Shown here piece after piece: positions 35,696-49,139 of a DNA stretch of 64,000 nt. Below the pieces are notes generated by a model. The model was given only the letters and a program-made list of their open reading frames with translations. It did not search any database and was not told the DNA's origin. This DNA is from Lama guanicoe (lineage: Eukaryota), in contig MU053559.1 in the NCBI GenBank assembly GCA_013239625.1, positions 3,020,324 through 3,084,323 on the forward strand, read 5' to 3'. The translations under genes and the position numbers were made by a program. The stretch's first letter is position 1; each line of letters begins with the position of its first letter.

Positions 35696-37011
35696 AGTGC
35701 CACTGAGCTGTGCCTCCTTGTGGCAAGAGAGATAGCTTTTTGTATTCCCATATCAATCCAGCACTGGCTGCAGTCTGCCCTTAAGGGTTGAGGTGGGTAA
35801 GCTCCAGGCTAGGGAGGCACTGTCCTGCTGAGAGCAGTTCTCACAAGAATGGTGTGACTGTCAGCCATCAGCAGTTAATATGCAGCTGGGCAGTGGGTAT
35901 ATTGGCCCAATAAAAGGGATGTGGGTGGGACACCAACAGTTTCCACCACAGTGGGTAAATCTAAGCCAGCCTTGCACCTGTAAAACAATAAATAGGTCTG
36001 TCTGCTAGAGTTGAGGGAGGGGTGGAAGGGCCATAAAACAAATGCAGAACTGAAATATTTTGATTCTTAATGTAAAGTCCTTGTATTGTTCCGAAGCATA
36101 GGGATTAACCTCTCACACTTTGAGTATACATGCATATTAAAATTTTCAGAGCAATCCCTAAATGAATTACTATAAGTGGTGAACAAATATATTTCAAACA
36201 TATAAATACCAGTTCAGTCTAAATGAAGGCAGGAAAGGAAGAAGAAAGAAGCCATAGAGAAAGCAGAGTAAATAGGATGCATAAAAACTGGTAAAAAAAA
36301 AAAAATCCAAATATATCAGAAATCACTTCAAAAGGAAAAATGAACAGAATCGACAATGTGATTCTATGTAAACATCATTCTATGTAGACTCAAGTAGTGG
36401 GATTAGAGCCACAGAAAAGGAAATGTTTATAAAGACGTCACTGTTCAGTGGAGAGTTCTCCAAACTTCAAGACGTGATAAAGCCTCTTTAACTTTCTTTC
36501 TAATCCTCCCGTCCTCACCCTCAATCTGGGACAAACCCTCACAAACCCAGCCCCTACTGTTTCTTTTATCTCATGTGCTCTTCCTTGGATTACTTATGTT
36601 TTTGGTTGAAGTATTTTCTTGAGTAATTCTTACAGGTGTGGGAGGTAACTTTCCGAGTTCTTGTATGCTTAAAATATCTTTTGTTCTCATACAATTCAAG
36701 ATTGACAATACTTTGCCTTTAGAATTTTGAAGACATTGCTCCATTGTATTCTACCAGCTGATGCTGCATGATGTCAGTCTGATTTTGAACCTTTCCAGGT
36801 AACCTTTTCTTTTGTATTTTTTATTCCTTTGAAACCTTGCAGATTTTTTTTTCTTTTACTGTGGAGTTTGAAATTTCATAAATCTGTTTCTAAATGTGGG
36901 TTTTTAAAAACTGAATTAGGGAACTTTAAAAATGCATGTTAGTGTCCTTTTGCTGTGTGTTCTTGTCATTACACAGAAGATACACACAGCTAACATTTAA
37001 AAACCAAAACT

Positions 37012-37145
37012 GGGGGAGGATATAGTTCAGTGGTAGAGCGTATGCTTAGCATTCACAAAGTCCTGGGTTCAATCCCCAGTACCTCCATTAAAAGAAATAA
37101 CCTAATTACCTCCCCCCACCAAAAATAAAAAATCATAATAAAAAT
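37012..37145 (+). mobile_element. tRNA-Ala-derived SINE, long form
   Basis: SINE head, then cctaattacctcccccc, then A-rich tail. Confidence 0.88.
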
Positions 37146-37344
37146 CTAAGCCAGTGGGAGAGTCTAAACTCACTCTCCAGATTGTGAGATTGAGAGCCTC
37201 AAATAAGTGATCAGTAAATAAGAGAGAGAGGGATTCAGAATCATGGAAATGAAACACAATAGTTTTCTTTCATTATATGCAGCATTCTTTAGGTCCTCTT
37301 ATTCTGAAGATTCACATCTTTGCCTCAAGCAAATTATACTTTTA

Positions 37345-38240
37345 AAATAGACTTTTATTTCTTCGAACAGTTTTAAGTTTACAGAGAAACTGAGCAGATA
37401 GTACAGAGAGTTCCCATATATCTCCCTTGGACCCACACGCAGTTTCCCCGATAACTAACATCTTTTATTAGTGTGGTACAATTTGTTAAAATGAATGAAC
37501 CAGTCCAAATACTTTATTAATTAAAGTTTATACTTTATTCAGATTTAATTTTTACCTAATATTCCTTCTTTCATCCAGGATCGTATCCAGGATATCATGT
37601 GACATTTAGTTGTCCTGTCTCCTTAGGCTCCTCTTGGTGTGACACCCTCTCAGATTTGCTGGGTTTTGATGACTTGGACAGTTTTGAGGAGTACTGGTCA
37701 GGTATATTGTAGAATGCTCCTCTGTTGAAACTTTTTTGATGTGTTTTCATGATTAGACTGGAGTTACGGGCTTGGAGGAAGAAGATCACAGATGTGAAGT
37801 GCCATTTTCATCATGTCACATCAAGGTACATACTGTCAGCATGACTTCTCATTGTTCATGTGGACCCTTGATGCCCTGGCTGGGCTCCTGTTAGCCAGGT
37901 TTCTCCTTTTTGTAGTTAATAATTTCTCTCCACTTTCTGTTACTGCACTCTTTGGAAGGAAGTCAGATGCAGCTGACACTTAAGCGGGGAGGAATTATTC
38001 CAGCCCTTCTTTAGTGTGGAGTGTCTGCATAAATTATTTAAAATTCAGCACAGGAAATATGTGTTTTCTCCCTTATTTATTAATTTATTCAGTTGTTTAT
38101 ATTGATAAGGATTCATGGAGATTTATTTTGGACTTTGGGCTATACTCCAATAGGACTTTATTTTTTTGCTTTTATTGTTCCAGCTTTGTCTATTGGAAGC
38201 TCTTTCTGTTGGCTCCTGTGTCCTTTTGACATACCCCTAA
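37345..38240 (-). mobile_element. L1MC-like 3' end
   Basis: agttttaagtttacagagaaactgagcagatagtacagagagttccc...tccaggatatc...tctccttaggctcctcttgg. Confidence 0.75.
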
Positions 38241-39289
38241 TCAATGTGTTTAGCAAATTGTATTTTAAATACTTTCGATTATTTCTTCCCTGACACAGTG
38301 TCTATCCTCTATTTCTGGAACATTGATTAGTTAGATGTTGGAGCTCCTCGATTTCCCCTTCATAACTTTTTAATATTTTTCATCTGTTTATTTTTTTCTC
38401 TATATCCTGGGATAGTTCCTTACTTTCATTTCCAGCCCATGAATCTGGTCTCTTAGGCTGCTTTTATCATCCAGCCTATTAGTCAAAATACTTAGATCAA
38501 TAATTACATTCTTTCATTCAAAGGCCAAGAACCCTTTTTGTATCTCAGGTGGGTATTTTTTTTCCATTGCAATGTGTTTTACTTTTTGCATTTTGCTTTT
38601 CTGTTGTGGGATTGGTTTTTCTCCAAGATCTGGCGAATCTTGGCTTTCAGTTTATATTTATGAATAAGTGGATTGTTTTGGTTAATAGAGACAGCTGGCG
38701 TGGGTTTTCCTGGCAACCCTGCAGGTCTGCTCTCCTAACAGGCGGCTCCTTTGAGGAGGAGGGCTGGGTACAGGTTCAGGGTGAGGACAGGCTGTCACAG
38801 CAGGAGGCCTTCCTTAATAGCTAGGTGGGGTCAGGGAGCAATAGGCATGTGCAATTGGATGGAGGACTTCCTAGGGAGCTAGAGGGACTGAAGCATTTTC
38901 TGTTTTCTATTCCCTGACCCTAGGATAATGCCATTGTTATTTTCGAGATTTTATGCACTCACTAGGGCCAGTCTCTTTAAAGAACATTCTTGGACTTTTC
39001 CTGCCAGCATTTCTGTTCAGGTGAGGAAGAAAAGGGCCAGATGGAGAGAAAGTTCCCTAATTGTCACCGTTCATGCCAATACATCTTGAAAATGCCTAAC
39101 TCTGGGGAGGCATACTTCCTTACCCACTTTTCTCAGGGCTGCTGTGGCAGGAGCCCTTGGGATGACCTGATCTGTGATTTCCTGTCTTCTGACTTCTGAT
39201 CTCATCTGCTTTCAAATGTCTTGAATTTCACAGAATTTTTGGCAGGTGAATGGCACCCTTGTTTTCCAGCACTGTTATGGTTTTTTTAA

Positions 39290-42010
39290 AAAAACTCTTT
39301 ATTATGGAAATTTCTAAATATATACAAAACTAGAAGGAATAATATAACAAAACCCCATGTACCCATCCCTCAGTTTAATTATCAACACATGGCCAATCTT
39401 ATTTCAGCTAAAGCCGCCCACTATCTTTAACCACTCCCTCACCAATTATTTTGAAATATATCTCAGATGTATAATTTCACCAGTAAATAGTTCTGTATAC
39501 ATCTCTAGAAGATAAGGACTCTTTAAAGAAAGCTGTATTACTATTATCACACCAAAGAAATTAACAATAATCCCTTAATAGTATGAAGTATCCTCTCAGT
39601 ATTCAAATTTCCCCAATTATCTCAAGCTTTTTTCTTTTTGTTACAGTTGGATTTTTCAAATTAGTGTCTAAACAGGATCCACACGTTGCGTATGGTTGCT
39701 GTTAAGTTTATTTTCTTTCAATTTATCGGACCCACCTCCTCTTTTCTTTTTTCTTGTAATTTATTCACTGAAGAAACCAGGTCATTTTCCTACAGAACTT
39801 ACTGTATTTTGAATGTTGCTCGTTGCCTCCTTATGGTGTCATTGAACATGTTCTTTTGGCTCCTATGTTCCCTGTCAACTGATAGTTAAATCAAGCTACA
39901 ATTAGATTCAGGTTTGATTTTATTTTTTTGGCAAGGACATTTCATAGGTAGAGGTGTATACTCTGTGTTGTATTGTAAGAGGCGACACATATTGTCTGGT
40001 TATTTCTCTTTGAGGGGCGTTAAAATTGATCAGTGGGTTCAAGTTCAAGTAAATCAGCCTAAATTGACCATTATAAAACTTCCCATCTGCTTATCACCGA
40101 ATGTTTTGAGCAGCTATTAATAATGGGTGCCTAGATCCATGACTTCATTTGGGGTTACAAAATAGTGATGTTCTAAGTTAATTATTTGTTCTTGAACAAA
40201 TAATTTATAATCTTGAATTCATTTAGAAAAACGAACCCATCAACTATTTGGTTATTTTTCAATTTAGTTAGTTTAGGAAAGTCAGGATATGAAAATTTAC
40301 ATGAAATGGATAAAGTTTTCAAAAAACACAATTTACCAAAATTTACTCAAGAAGATGCAGAGAATCTGAATAAAACCTGAAGATTCTTATATCTATTAAA
40401 GAAATTGAATCCACAATTTAAAGCCTCTCAGAATGAAAACTCCCAGCCCAGATCACTTCAATGGTGAATTCTTCCAAAATTTAAGGAAGAAATAACACTG
40501 TTCTTATTCAAATATTTCCAAAGACTAGAAACAGCAGAAACACTCTTAACCTTGTTTTATGAGGCCATCATAACTTTAAGACCAAAACCTAACAGGGAAA
40601 TTACAAGAGGAAAGTTAAAGTTTAATATCTCTCATGAACATTTACTCCAAAATCCTAGGAAAAAATATTACAAATAAAATCCAGCATGTAAAAAAGGACA
40701 ATATATCATGAATAAGTGGGATTCATTTCAGGAATGCAAGATCAGTTTAACATTTTGGAATCAATATATTTCACCTCATTAACAGAATAAAGGGGGGAAA
40801 ACTGTATTATCAATATTTCTTATTCAACTTTGTACTGGGGCTCCAGCCAGTATGCCATCAAACTTTTGGATTTTGCCCATCTGATAGGTGAGAAATGGTG
40901 TCTTTGTGTAACTTAATTTGCATCTCTTTTATTGCCAGCCAGGCTGTGTAACTTTTCATGTTTAAAGACCACTTATTTGCATTTCCTTTTTTTGAAAATG
41001 TGTGTTCTTTTCTCTTTCCCATTTTTCTATGGGGCAGATGGCCTTTTAGTTCTCTATTTTTAAACAAACACTTAAAGGAAATTAAACCTTTATCTGTGAT
41101 ACAAGCTGAAAATATTTTTTCCTTATTTGCCATTTGTCTTTTTCCTTGGTTTGTGGTAATTTTTGGCATGCAGTTTTCTTTTTTCAATTTTGTGTGGTCA
41201 AATTTAGCAATATTTTTCTCTTCTTGTGTCTGGATTTTGAGTCCTAGTTAGGAAGGCTTTTTACATTCCTGAGTTATAGAAAAATTCACATATGAGCTCT
41301 TCTAGACATGTGTGGTTTACTTTTTAAAATCTCTGTTCTATTTGGAATTGATCAGATCCCATTTTATTTTTTCTATATAGCTAACAAGTTATCCCAGTAC
41401 CATTTATTAAAGGTCCATCTTTTCTCCAGTGTACCTTATTATGCCACCTTGTTATGCCAAGTTTCCATATTCTTGTGGATCCATTTCTGGATACTCTGGT
41501 CAAGTGCCACTTTAAATTATTAAGGCTTTATAATATGCTTTTTTATATGCTTTTTTTTTTTCAGTTGGGAATATAGGAGAATGCTTTATTATCTCAATAG
41601 GATAGATTTTTCAAAGGAACAGCAGAATGTATATACCATAAAAATGGTAAATTTAACCCCATCAGCATTTAAAAATTTGCTGTCATCATTAAAAAGGTTT
41701 AAGAACATTTGCCACATGTGTAGTATACCAGTGTTCTAAGCTACATAAAGAACTACAAATCACAATGTAAGGGACAACAGGCAACTCATTAAATAGGAAC
41801 CTGGTCAGAGTTAACAAACATGAATACACAGAACAGAAAGGCCCAAAGGTTAGGAAACAGGAAAAGATAATCGACCTCACTGGCAATCACAGAAACACAA
41901 GTTAATACAACTATTCATGTCACGTTTCCACTCAGCCAATTTGCAAAAACTTAAGTCTGAAAATATAAAAATCAAAAAGGACATAAGTGTTATTGGGGAA
42001 GGAGGAGATG
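39290..42010. mobile_element. Patchwork of ancient L1 fragments in alternating orientation
   Basis: Antisense 3'UTR about 39290-40280; sense ORF2 about 40290-40830 (gaaatggataaa...gaggccatcataactttaagaccaaaacc); antisense about 40860-41530 (EKIFSACITDKGLIS); sense about 41600-42010. Confidence 0.7.
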
Positions 42011-42022
42011 GAATTGGATTTC

Positions 42023-43236
42023 CTTTTTAAAAAAATTTTATTATTTTGTTTTATTTTTTTAATTGAAGTATAGTCAGTTTACAATGTTGTGTCAATTTCT
42101 GGTGTACAGCACAATGCTTCAGTCATACATGAACATACATATATTCATTTTCATATTCTTTTTCATTATAGGTTACTACAAGATATTGAATATAGTTCCC
42201 TGTGCTATACAGTAGGACCTTGTTGTTTATCTATTTTATATATAGTAGTTAGTATCTGCAAATCCTGAACTCCCAATTTACCCCTTCCCACCCCCTTCCC
42301 CGCCCTGGTAAGTCTATGTCTGTGAGTCTGTTTCTGTTATGTAAATAAATTTGTCTTTTTTTTTAGATTCCACATATAAGTGATATTATATGGTGTTTCG
42401 CTTTCTCTTTCTGGCTTACTTCACTTAGAATAACATTCTCCAGGTTCATCCATGTTGCTGCAAATGGCATTATTTTATTCTTTTTTATGGCTGAGTAGTA
42501 TTCCATGGTATACATATGCCACTTCTTCTTTATCCAGTCATCTGTTGATGGACATTTAGGGCTGTTTCCATGTCTTGGCTATTGTAAATAGTGCTGCTAT
42601 GAACATTGCAGTGCTTGTATCTTTTTGAATTAAGGTTCCCTCTGGATATATGCCCAGGAGTGGGATTGCTGGGTCATATGGTAAGTCTACTTATAGTCTT
42701 TTGAAGAATCTCTGTACTGTTTTCCATAATGCCTGCACCAAACTACATTCCCACCAACAGTGTAGGAGGGTTCCCTTTTCTCCACAGCCTCTCCAGCATT
42801 TATTGTTTGTGGACTTTTGAATGATGGCCATTCTGACTGGTGTGAGGTGATACCTCATTGTAGTTTTGATTTGCATTTCTCTGATAATTAGCAATATTGA
42901 GCATTTTTTTCATGTGCCTATTGGCCATTTGTATGTCTTCACTGGAGATTTGGTTGTTTAGGTCTTCTGCCCATTTTTGGATTGGGTTGGTTTTTTTTGT
43001 TATTGAGTTGTATGAGCTATTTGTATATTCTGGAAACAAAGCCCTTGTCAGTTGCATCATTTGCAAATATTTTCTCCCATTCCATCGGTTGTCTTTTTGT
43101 TTTGTTTATGGTTTCCTTTGCTGTGCAAAAGCTTATAACTTTAATTAGGTCCCCTTTCTTTACTTTTGCTTTTATTTCTATTGCCTGGGTAGATTGCCCT
43201 AGGAGAACATTGTTAAGATTTATGTCAGAAAATGTA
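42023..43236 (-). mobile_element. Relatively young 5'-truncated LINE-1 (3'UTR and ORF2 C-terminus, about 1.2 kb)
   Basis: ORF2 motifs [40 protein letters not shown] and [27 protein letters not shown] gaattggatttc (42011-42022 / 43237-43248). Confidence 0.93.
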
Positions 43237-43580
43237 GAATTGGATTTCTTATACACTGATGGTGGAGATGAAAATTGGTAGAAGCTTTTAAAGATAAATT
43301 TAACAATATCTAGCAAAGCTGAATTATATGACCCAGGAATTTCGCTTCTAGGTGTATTCTCCAGTTAACCTATGGCCACAAAGTGATGTCTACAAAACTG
43401 TTTTGTGCAGCATTTAAAAAAAATAGACACCTTTTTTTTAGGACAGTTGTAGATTTATTAAAAAATTGAGAAGATTGTATAGAGAGTTCTCATTTACCCC
43501 ACATCCAGTTTCCCTTATTATTAACATCTTACCACTATTATGGTACCTTTGTTACAGTTAATGAACCATTACTGATGTTA

Positions 43581-46500
43581 TTTTTTTTCATTTTTATTTT
43601 TACTGAGGTATAGTCAGTTTACAATGTTGTGTCAATTTCTGGCATACAGCACAATGCTTCAGTCATACATGGATATACATATATTCATTTTCGTATTCTT
43701 TTTCACCATAAGCTACTACAAGGTATTGAATATATTTCCCTGTGCTATACAGTATAAACTTGTTTATCTGTTTTATATATATCAATCAGTATCTGCAAAT
43801 CTCGAACTCTCATTTTATTCCTTCCCACCCCCCTCCCCCAGGTAACCACAAGTTTGTATTCTATGTCTGTGAGTCTGTTTCTGTTTTATATTTAAGTTCA
43901 TTTGTCTTCTTCTTTTTTTTTTTTAAGATTCCACATATGAGCGATCTCATATGGTATTTTTCTCTTTCTTTCTGGCTTACTTCACTTAGAATGACATTCT
44001 CCAGGGAAATCCATGTTGTTGCAGATGGCATTATATTGTCATTTTTATGGCTGAGTAGTATTCCATTGTATAAATATACCACAACTTCTTTATCCAATCA
44101 TCTGTTGATGGACATTTAGGTTGTTTCCATATCTTGGCTATTGTAAATAGTGCTGCTATGATCATTGGGGTGCAGGTGTCTTTTTGAATTAGGGTTCCTT
44201 CTGGATATATGCCCAGGAGTGGGACTGCTGGGTCATATGGTAAGTCTATTCCTAATCTTTTGAGGAATCTCTATACTATTTTCCACAATGGCTGCACGAA
44301 CAGAATGTATATTCTATTTTGGGGGGAATGTAATGTTCTGAAAATATCAACCAAGTTTAATTGTTCTATTGTATCATTTAGTTTCTCTATTGCCTTATTA
44401 ATTTTCTGTCTGGAAGATCTGTCCAGTGATGTAAATGGGTTGTTTAAAGTCTCCTACTATGATCGTGTTCCCATCAATTTCTCCCTTTATGTCTGTTAGT
44501 ATTTGTTTTATGTATTTAGGTGCTCCTATATTGGATGCATATATGTTAATGAGTGCAATATTCTCATCTTGTATTGCACCTTTAATCATTATATAATGTC
44601 CTTCTTTATCTTTCTTTATGGCCTTTGTTTTAAAGTCTATTTTGTCTGAAATCAGTATTGCATCTCCTGCTTTCTTGTCGTTTCCTTTTGCATGGAATAT
44701 CTTTTTCCATCCTCTCATTCTCAATCTATGTGTGTCCTTCTCCCTAAAGTGGGTCTCTTATATTCAGCTTATTGTAGGTTCTTGTTTTATTATCCAATCT
44801 GTCACTCTATGTCTTTTGATTAGAACATTTAGTCCATTGACATTAATGGTAATTATTGATAGATGTGTATTTATTGCCATTTTGAACTTATTTTTGCAGT
44901 TGATTTGGTATTTTCCTTTTTGTTCTTTTTTTGGTGGGGGGTTGATAATTTTCCTTTGTATTAGCTTGGTTTCTTTTTAGTTTCTGTGACTCTTTTGTAA
45001 GCTTTTGGCTTGTGGTTACCCTGTTTTGTATGTATATTAACCCATTATTATATCTGTTTGTTTTAAACTGATAGTAATACAAGCTCAAACCCATCCTACT
45101 GAGAACAAACCAAAAAGAAAAAAACCACATTTTCTTGCTCCCCTTTCCCACCCTTAATGATTTAGAAGTCCTCTTTTACAATTTCATGTTTATTCTGTTG
45201 TAATTCATTGTAGTTATTACCTTTCCAATTATGGTTTTCTCCTTTCTGTAGCATCCTGCTTCTTTTCTATTTAGACTAGACCTGTCAATATTTCTTTTAG
45301 CATGGGTTTAGTGTTGCTAAAAATTATTAAAAATGTTAAAGAAAATTGTAAAAGGGATTAAAAAATTAAAATTTTAAAAATTAAAAAAATTAAAAATTAA
45401 AAAAAGAAAAAGAAAAAAGGAAGAAAAAAAAAAGTGGATATGTTCCCGTGGAGACTGCACTGTTAATAATTCTGTCTAGAGGTCCTTCTTAAGTATGGCT
45501 AGTTGCCAAGTCTTCCTTCCATGCCTTTGCCTTTGGTTGGGGTTGTGGCGAGTGTTGCGGTGGCCAGAGGGTGCCCTGGCTACTGAGCAGGGCCTCCTCG
45601 TTGTTCTGTGGTTGTCACTGCTCCTGCCCTCGCCCTGCTGCATGAACTCGGCTCGCTGGTCCCAGAGGCCCTCTGGGTACTCCCTGAGTCTGTGCCTGTC
45701 CCAGTGCCGGGAGGCGGGCGGGCAGTTGGCTTCCCCTCCCAGTGCCACGATTCGGCGCTGCGCTTCTGCAGGTAGGTGGGCGGGTCGCTGTCCCGTTCAG
45801 CGCAGCATGAACTGCACCGCGTGGGATCCCGAACTCTGTAGACGCAAAGGCAGCACCAGCCCTCGCTCTGCTCTGGGCCAAAACTCCGCTTCTTGCTTGT
45901 CTGTCTGACGCATGAGTCCATGAAGGCACCGGAAAAGAAGGGTCCCCTCTGCCTAGGGCTGTAGGTAAACCCCAGTCCCGCCTATGAGGTTGCGGAGCCC
46001 TTAAGGAAGGATTCAGGTTTCGACCCCGCCTCCGCGAGAATATGGTAGCTGTGGCTGCGCCCCGCCCCTCTTCTCGCGAGAACACGCCAATAAAGGTCTG
46101 AGGAGAAAAAGGCTGTGGCGCCCCTTCCCCCAGGGCACACCAGCAGTGTTGCTTTGCTTTTTTCCCCTATTTTATGGGGGCCCCAGGCTGTTCTGCTCTG
46201 TATCCCCTCCCAGCCACGGCGTGCAGCACCCTGCAGTCCCCCAGGGCTGCCTCAGTGCAGACGCCCCAGTCCTCCGCCCGCCTGGGGCAGCCTGTCCCGG
46301 CCCCCAGCTGCCGGCCTGCGTCTCAGGCTGGGGGGGCGCAGGGACCATCTGTGCACTTTTAACTTAGTTCTGTCGGTCAAGGGCTGCTCCGTACAGATCC
46401 GAGCCTCAGAGGTTCCCCCTCCATCCCGCTGGCCTCTCCCAGCGAATGAGCCCTGTTCCTCCTTTGCCGCTCTCTCCCCACAGGACCAGTCCGGCACTAT

Positions 46501-46700
46501 TTTCCTTTTTCTTCTTTCCTTTTTCCTTTTCTCCTACCACATTTGTGGCATATTTAGTCTTTTGAAGAAGGTGATGTTCTGTTAGAGTTCAGCAGGTGCT
46601 CTGAGTGGCTGGTTAGGTACGCGGATGTCACTCTTGGTGTATTTATGGGAGAAGGTGAGCTAGGAGCATTCTTCTATTCTGCCATCTTGGCCCTTCTCCC
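43581..46700 (-). mobile_element. LINE-1 with intact 5' and 3' ends but two internal deletions (about 3.1 kb), inserted in an L1MC-like element (43425-43580 and 46701-47350)
   Basis: 5' end gggagaagggCCAAGATGGC (YY1 motif, 46681-46690); GC-rich 5'UTR; ORF1 last codons FSNTKPMLKEILTGLV* (45271-45321); ORF2 start MAINTHLSIITINVNGLN (ATG at 44880); EN motifs KKAG.AILISDKIDFK and NIYASN..TIIVGDF; then ORF2 tail, 3'UTR and polyA; TSD tgat(at)gttatt. Confidence 0.9.
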
Positions 46701-47512
46701 TGATATGTTATTATTAACTAAAGTGTGTACTTCCTTCAGATCCCTTTAGTTTACCTAATGTCTTTTTTCCATTCCAGGATCCCATCCAGGATATCACATT
46801 GGATTTAGTCATCATGTCTCCTTAGGTTCCTCTTGGTGTGACAGTTTTTTCGGCTTTCGTTGATTTTGATGAGCTCAGCTGTTTTGAGGATCACTAATCA
46901 GGTATATTGTAAAATGCCTCTCTATTGGGGCATTTATTTGTCTGATGTTTTTCTCATGATTAGTTGGAGATTATGAGCTTTTGGGCAGAAGAACCAGAGG
47001 TAAAGTGTCATTTTCGTCACAATATATCAAGGGCACATAACAACATTTGTCACTGTTGAGGCTGACCTTGATCACTTGGCTGAGGTAGGGTTTGTCAAAT
47101 TTCTTCACTGTAAAGTTACTCCCTTTTCCCCTTGTTTTCTGTTTTGTCCTCTTTGGAAGGAAGTCACTACGTGCAGGCCACAGTTAAGGAGTAAGGAATT
47201 AGGCTCTACTTCCGTGATGTCAGAGTATCTGTATAAACTAAATGGAATCATGCACGAGAGATTTGTCTTGTCCCCAGTTATTTATTTATTCAGTCACTTA
47301 TTTATATCAGTATGAGCTCTTGGATGTTTATTCTCTGCTTTGGGTTATGTAACATTTTTTTACTATCTGATAGGGCAGGTCCCCATCATTGTCTGTCTTA
47401 TTCAGATGTTTCTTGGCTATTCTTCCTTGTTTGTCCTCCCTCAAGTAATTTATAATCAACTCCAGGAAACAAAAATCTGATATTTTTATTGCAATTGTAC
47501 TAAAAATAGATA

Positions 47513-48620
47513 CAGTTGATCCTTGAATAATGCAAGGGTTATGGGTGCTGACCCCCCACACAGTCAAAATTTTGTGTATAACTTTTGACTCCCTCCTAAC
47601 TTAACTACTAATAGCCCACTGTTGACCGGGAGCCTTACCAATAACGTAGTCAATTAACACACATTTTGTATGTCTATGTATTATAAACTGTATTCTTATA
47701 ATAAAGTAAGTTAGAGAAAAGAAAAATATTGCTAAGAAAATAATAAGGGGGTGGCAGTGTGTCGCTCAGTGGTTGAGTGTATGCTTAGCATGCACGAGGT
47801 CCTGGGTTCAATTCTCAGTACCTCCGTTAAAATAAAATAAATACATACATACATACATACATACATACATACATACCTAATTACCTCCCCTGAAAAAAAA
47901 ACTAAAAAAATTTTTTTAAATTAGAAAATTAAAAGGAAGAGAAAATACATTCACAGTACTTTTCTGTGTTTATTGATACTGTTAAGTTTACGTCATCTGT
48001 TTGCAAGGTGAACTGTCTGTCAGTATCTACATCAATATTGTCTTATATGATATAAAACACTGAGATGTTATATGTACTGCTAACACCAGACATAGAAAAT
48101 GAAAAGGTAATGTGAAAAAGAATTTCATATTTATTTATAAGTATAAGGATTCATGCATTGATAAAGAAGAAGCAGTGATATGATTGCTCTGTTGCCTAGT
48201 ATAATCCATCCAAGTGTTTCACAGTAGCCTAGCTTACACACAAATGACTGAATCATTATAACATTTTTTGACATACAGTATTACAGTCATATTCATAACA
48301 CAGTATCGGGAAAATTGTTACACTTTTTAAAAAACCACTTGTGATGATAGGCTGACACAAAGTTTCTCCTATTATGAGAGGGAGAGGCATACTGTACAAT
48401 AATGTAATTCTTTGAGAGCCAAGTTCTAAAATAGCGAGAAAACTAACATTAATTTTGTATTAAATATCACTCACCTTTAAGGCTCTGTAAGAATCGGCTG
48501 TCCATTTCAATACAAGTTTTGCATATGATGTTCTACTCTGTGTTTTTGTATATTTATTGAAAAAAATCGGCTTATATGTGGACCCGTGCATTCAAACCTG
48601 TGATGTTTAAGAGTCAACTG
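47513..48620 (-). mobile_element. Tigger2-family non-autonomous DNA transposon, with a SINE inside
   Basis: TA|cagttgatccttgaataa ... tgtttaagagtcaactg|TA TIRs with TA TSDs. Confidence 0.88.
47747..47920 (+). mobile_element. tRNA-Ala-derived SINE, long form, with (ATAC)9 in its linker
   Basis: SINE head; ATAC repeat at 47841-47876; cctaattacctcccc; approximate TSD agaaaat..aagg. Confidence 0.88.
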
Positions 48621-48904
48621 TACTTAGAATTAGTTGACATCCTTTGTGATGTTAGGTCTGCCCCTCCCTAAATATGGTCGTTTCCATTGTTTCAAGTCTA
48701 CTGTGGATCTTTTAGGAGTTTTGTCATTTTCCTCACATGAGTTTTGAGCCTTTCTTGTTAAGTTTATGCCTAGCATTGCTTTTATTCTTTTAAAAAAGTA
48801 TAATTTCTTGCATATTGATGCAACTTGGGTATTATGGGATGGAGTGTTACATGTGTGTTCGGTCTTTCCCATTGGACCAGAAGTCCTGATAAATTTTTTC
48901 CGTC

Positions 48905-49117
48905 CTTTTTTAATTAAAAATATTTTTTTTGTTTATATATATTTTTATTGAAGTATAGTCAGTTTACAATGTTGTGTCAATTTCTGGTGCACAGCATAGT
49001 ATTTCAGTCATACATGATCATACATATTTTGGTTTTCATATTGTTTTTCACCATAAGTTACTACAAGATATTGAATATAGTTCCTTGTGCTATACAGTAT
49101 AAACTTGTTGTTTATCT
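48905..49117 (-). mobile_element. Short 5'-truncated L1 3'UTR, same family as the copies at 42023 and 43581
   Basis: ttgaagtatagtcagtttacaatgttgtgtcaatttctgg...tgtgctatacagtataaacttg. Confidence 0.85.
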
Positions 49118-49139
49118 TCCTGGCTGTTTTTTTAAGTTG

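Noticed and set aside
44298..45322. Spliced-L1 explanation for the two internal deletions
   Set aside because: The retained junction ends do not look like canonical exon ends; microhomology fits better. Not fully excluded without the family consensus.
45476..46585. Several 80-156 aa ORFs on both strands, including a possible ORF0-like antisense ORF
   Set aside because: They lie in the GC-rich L1 5'UTR where stop codons are rare; no recognisable domains, overlapping frames, and several non-ATG starts
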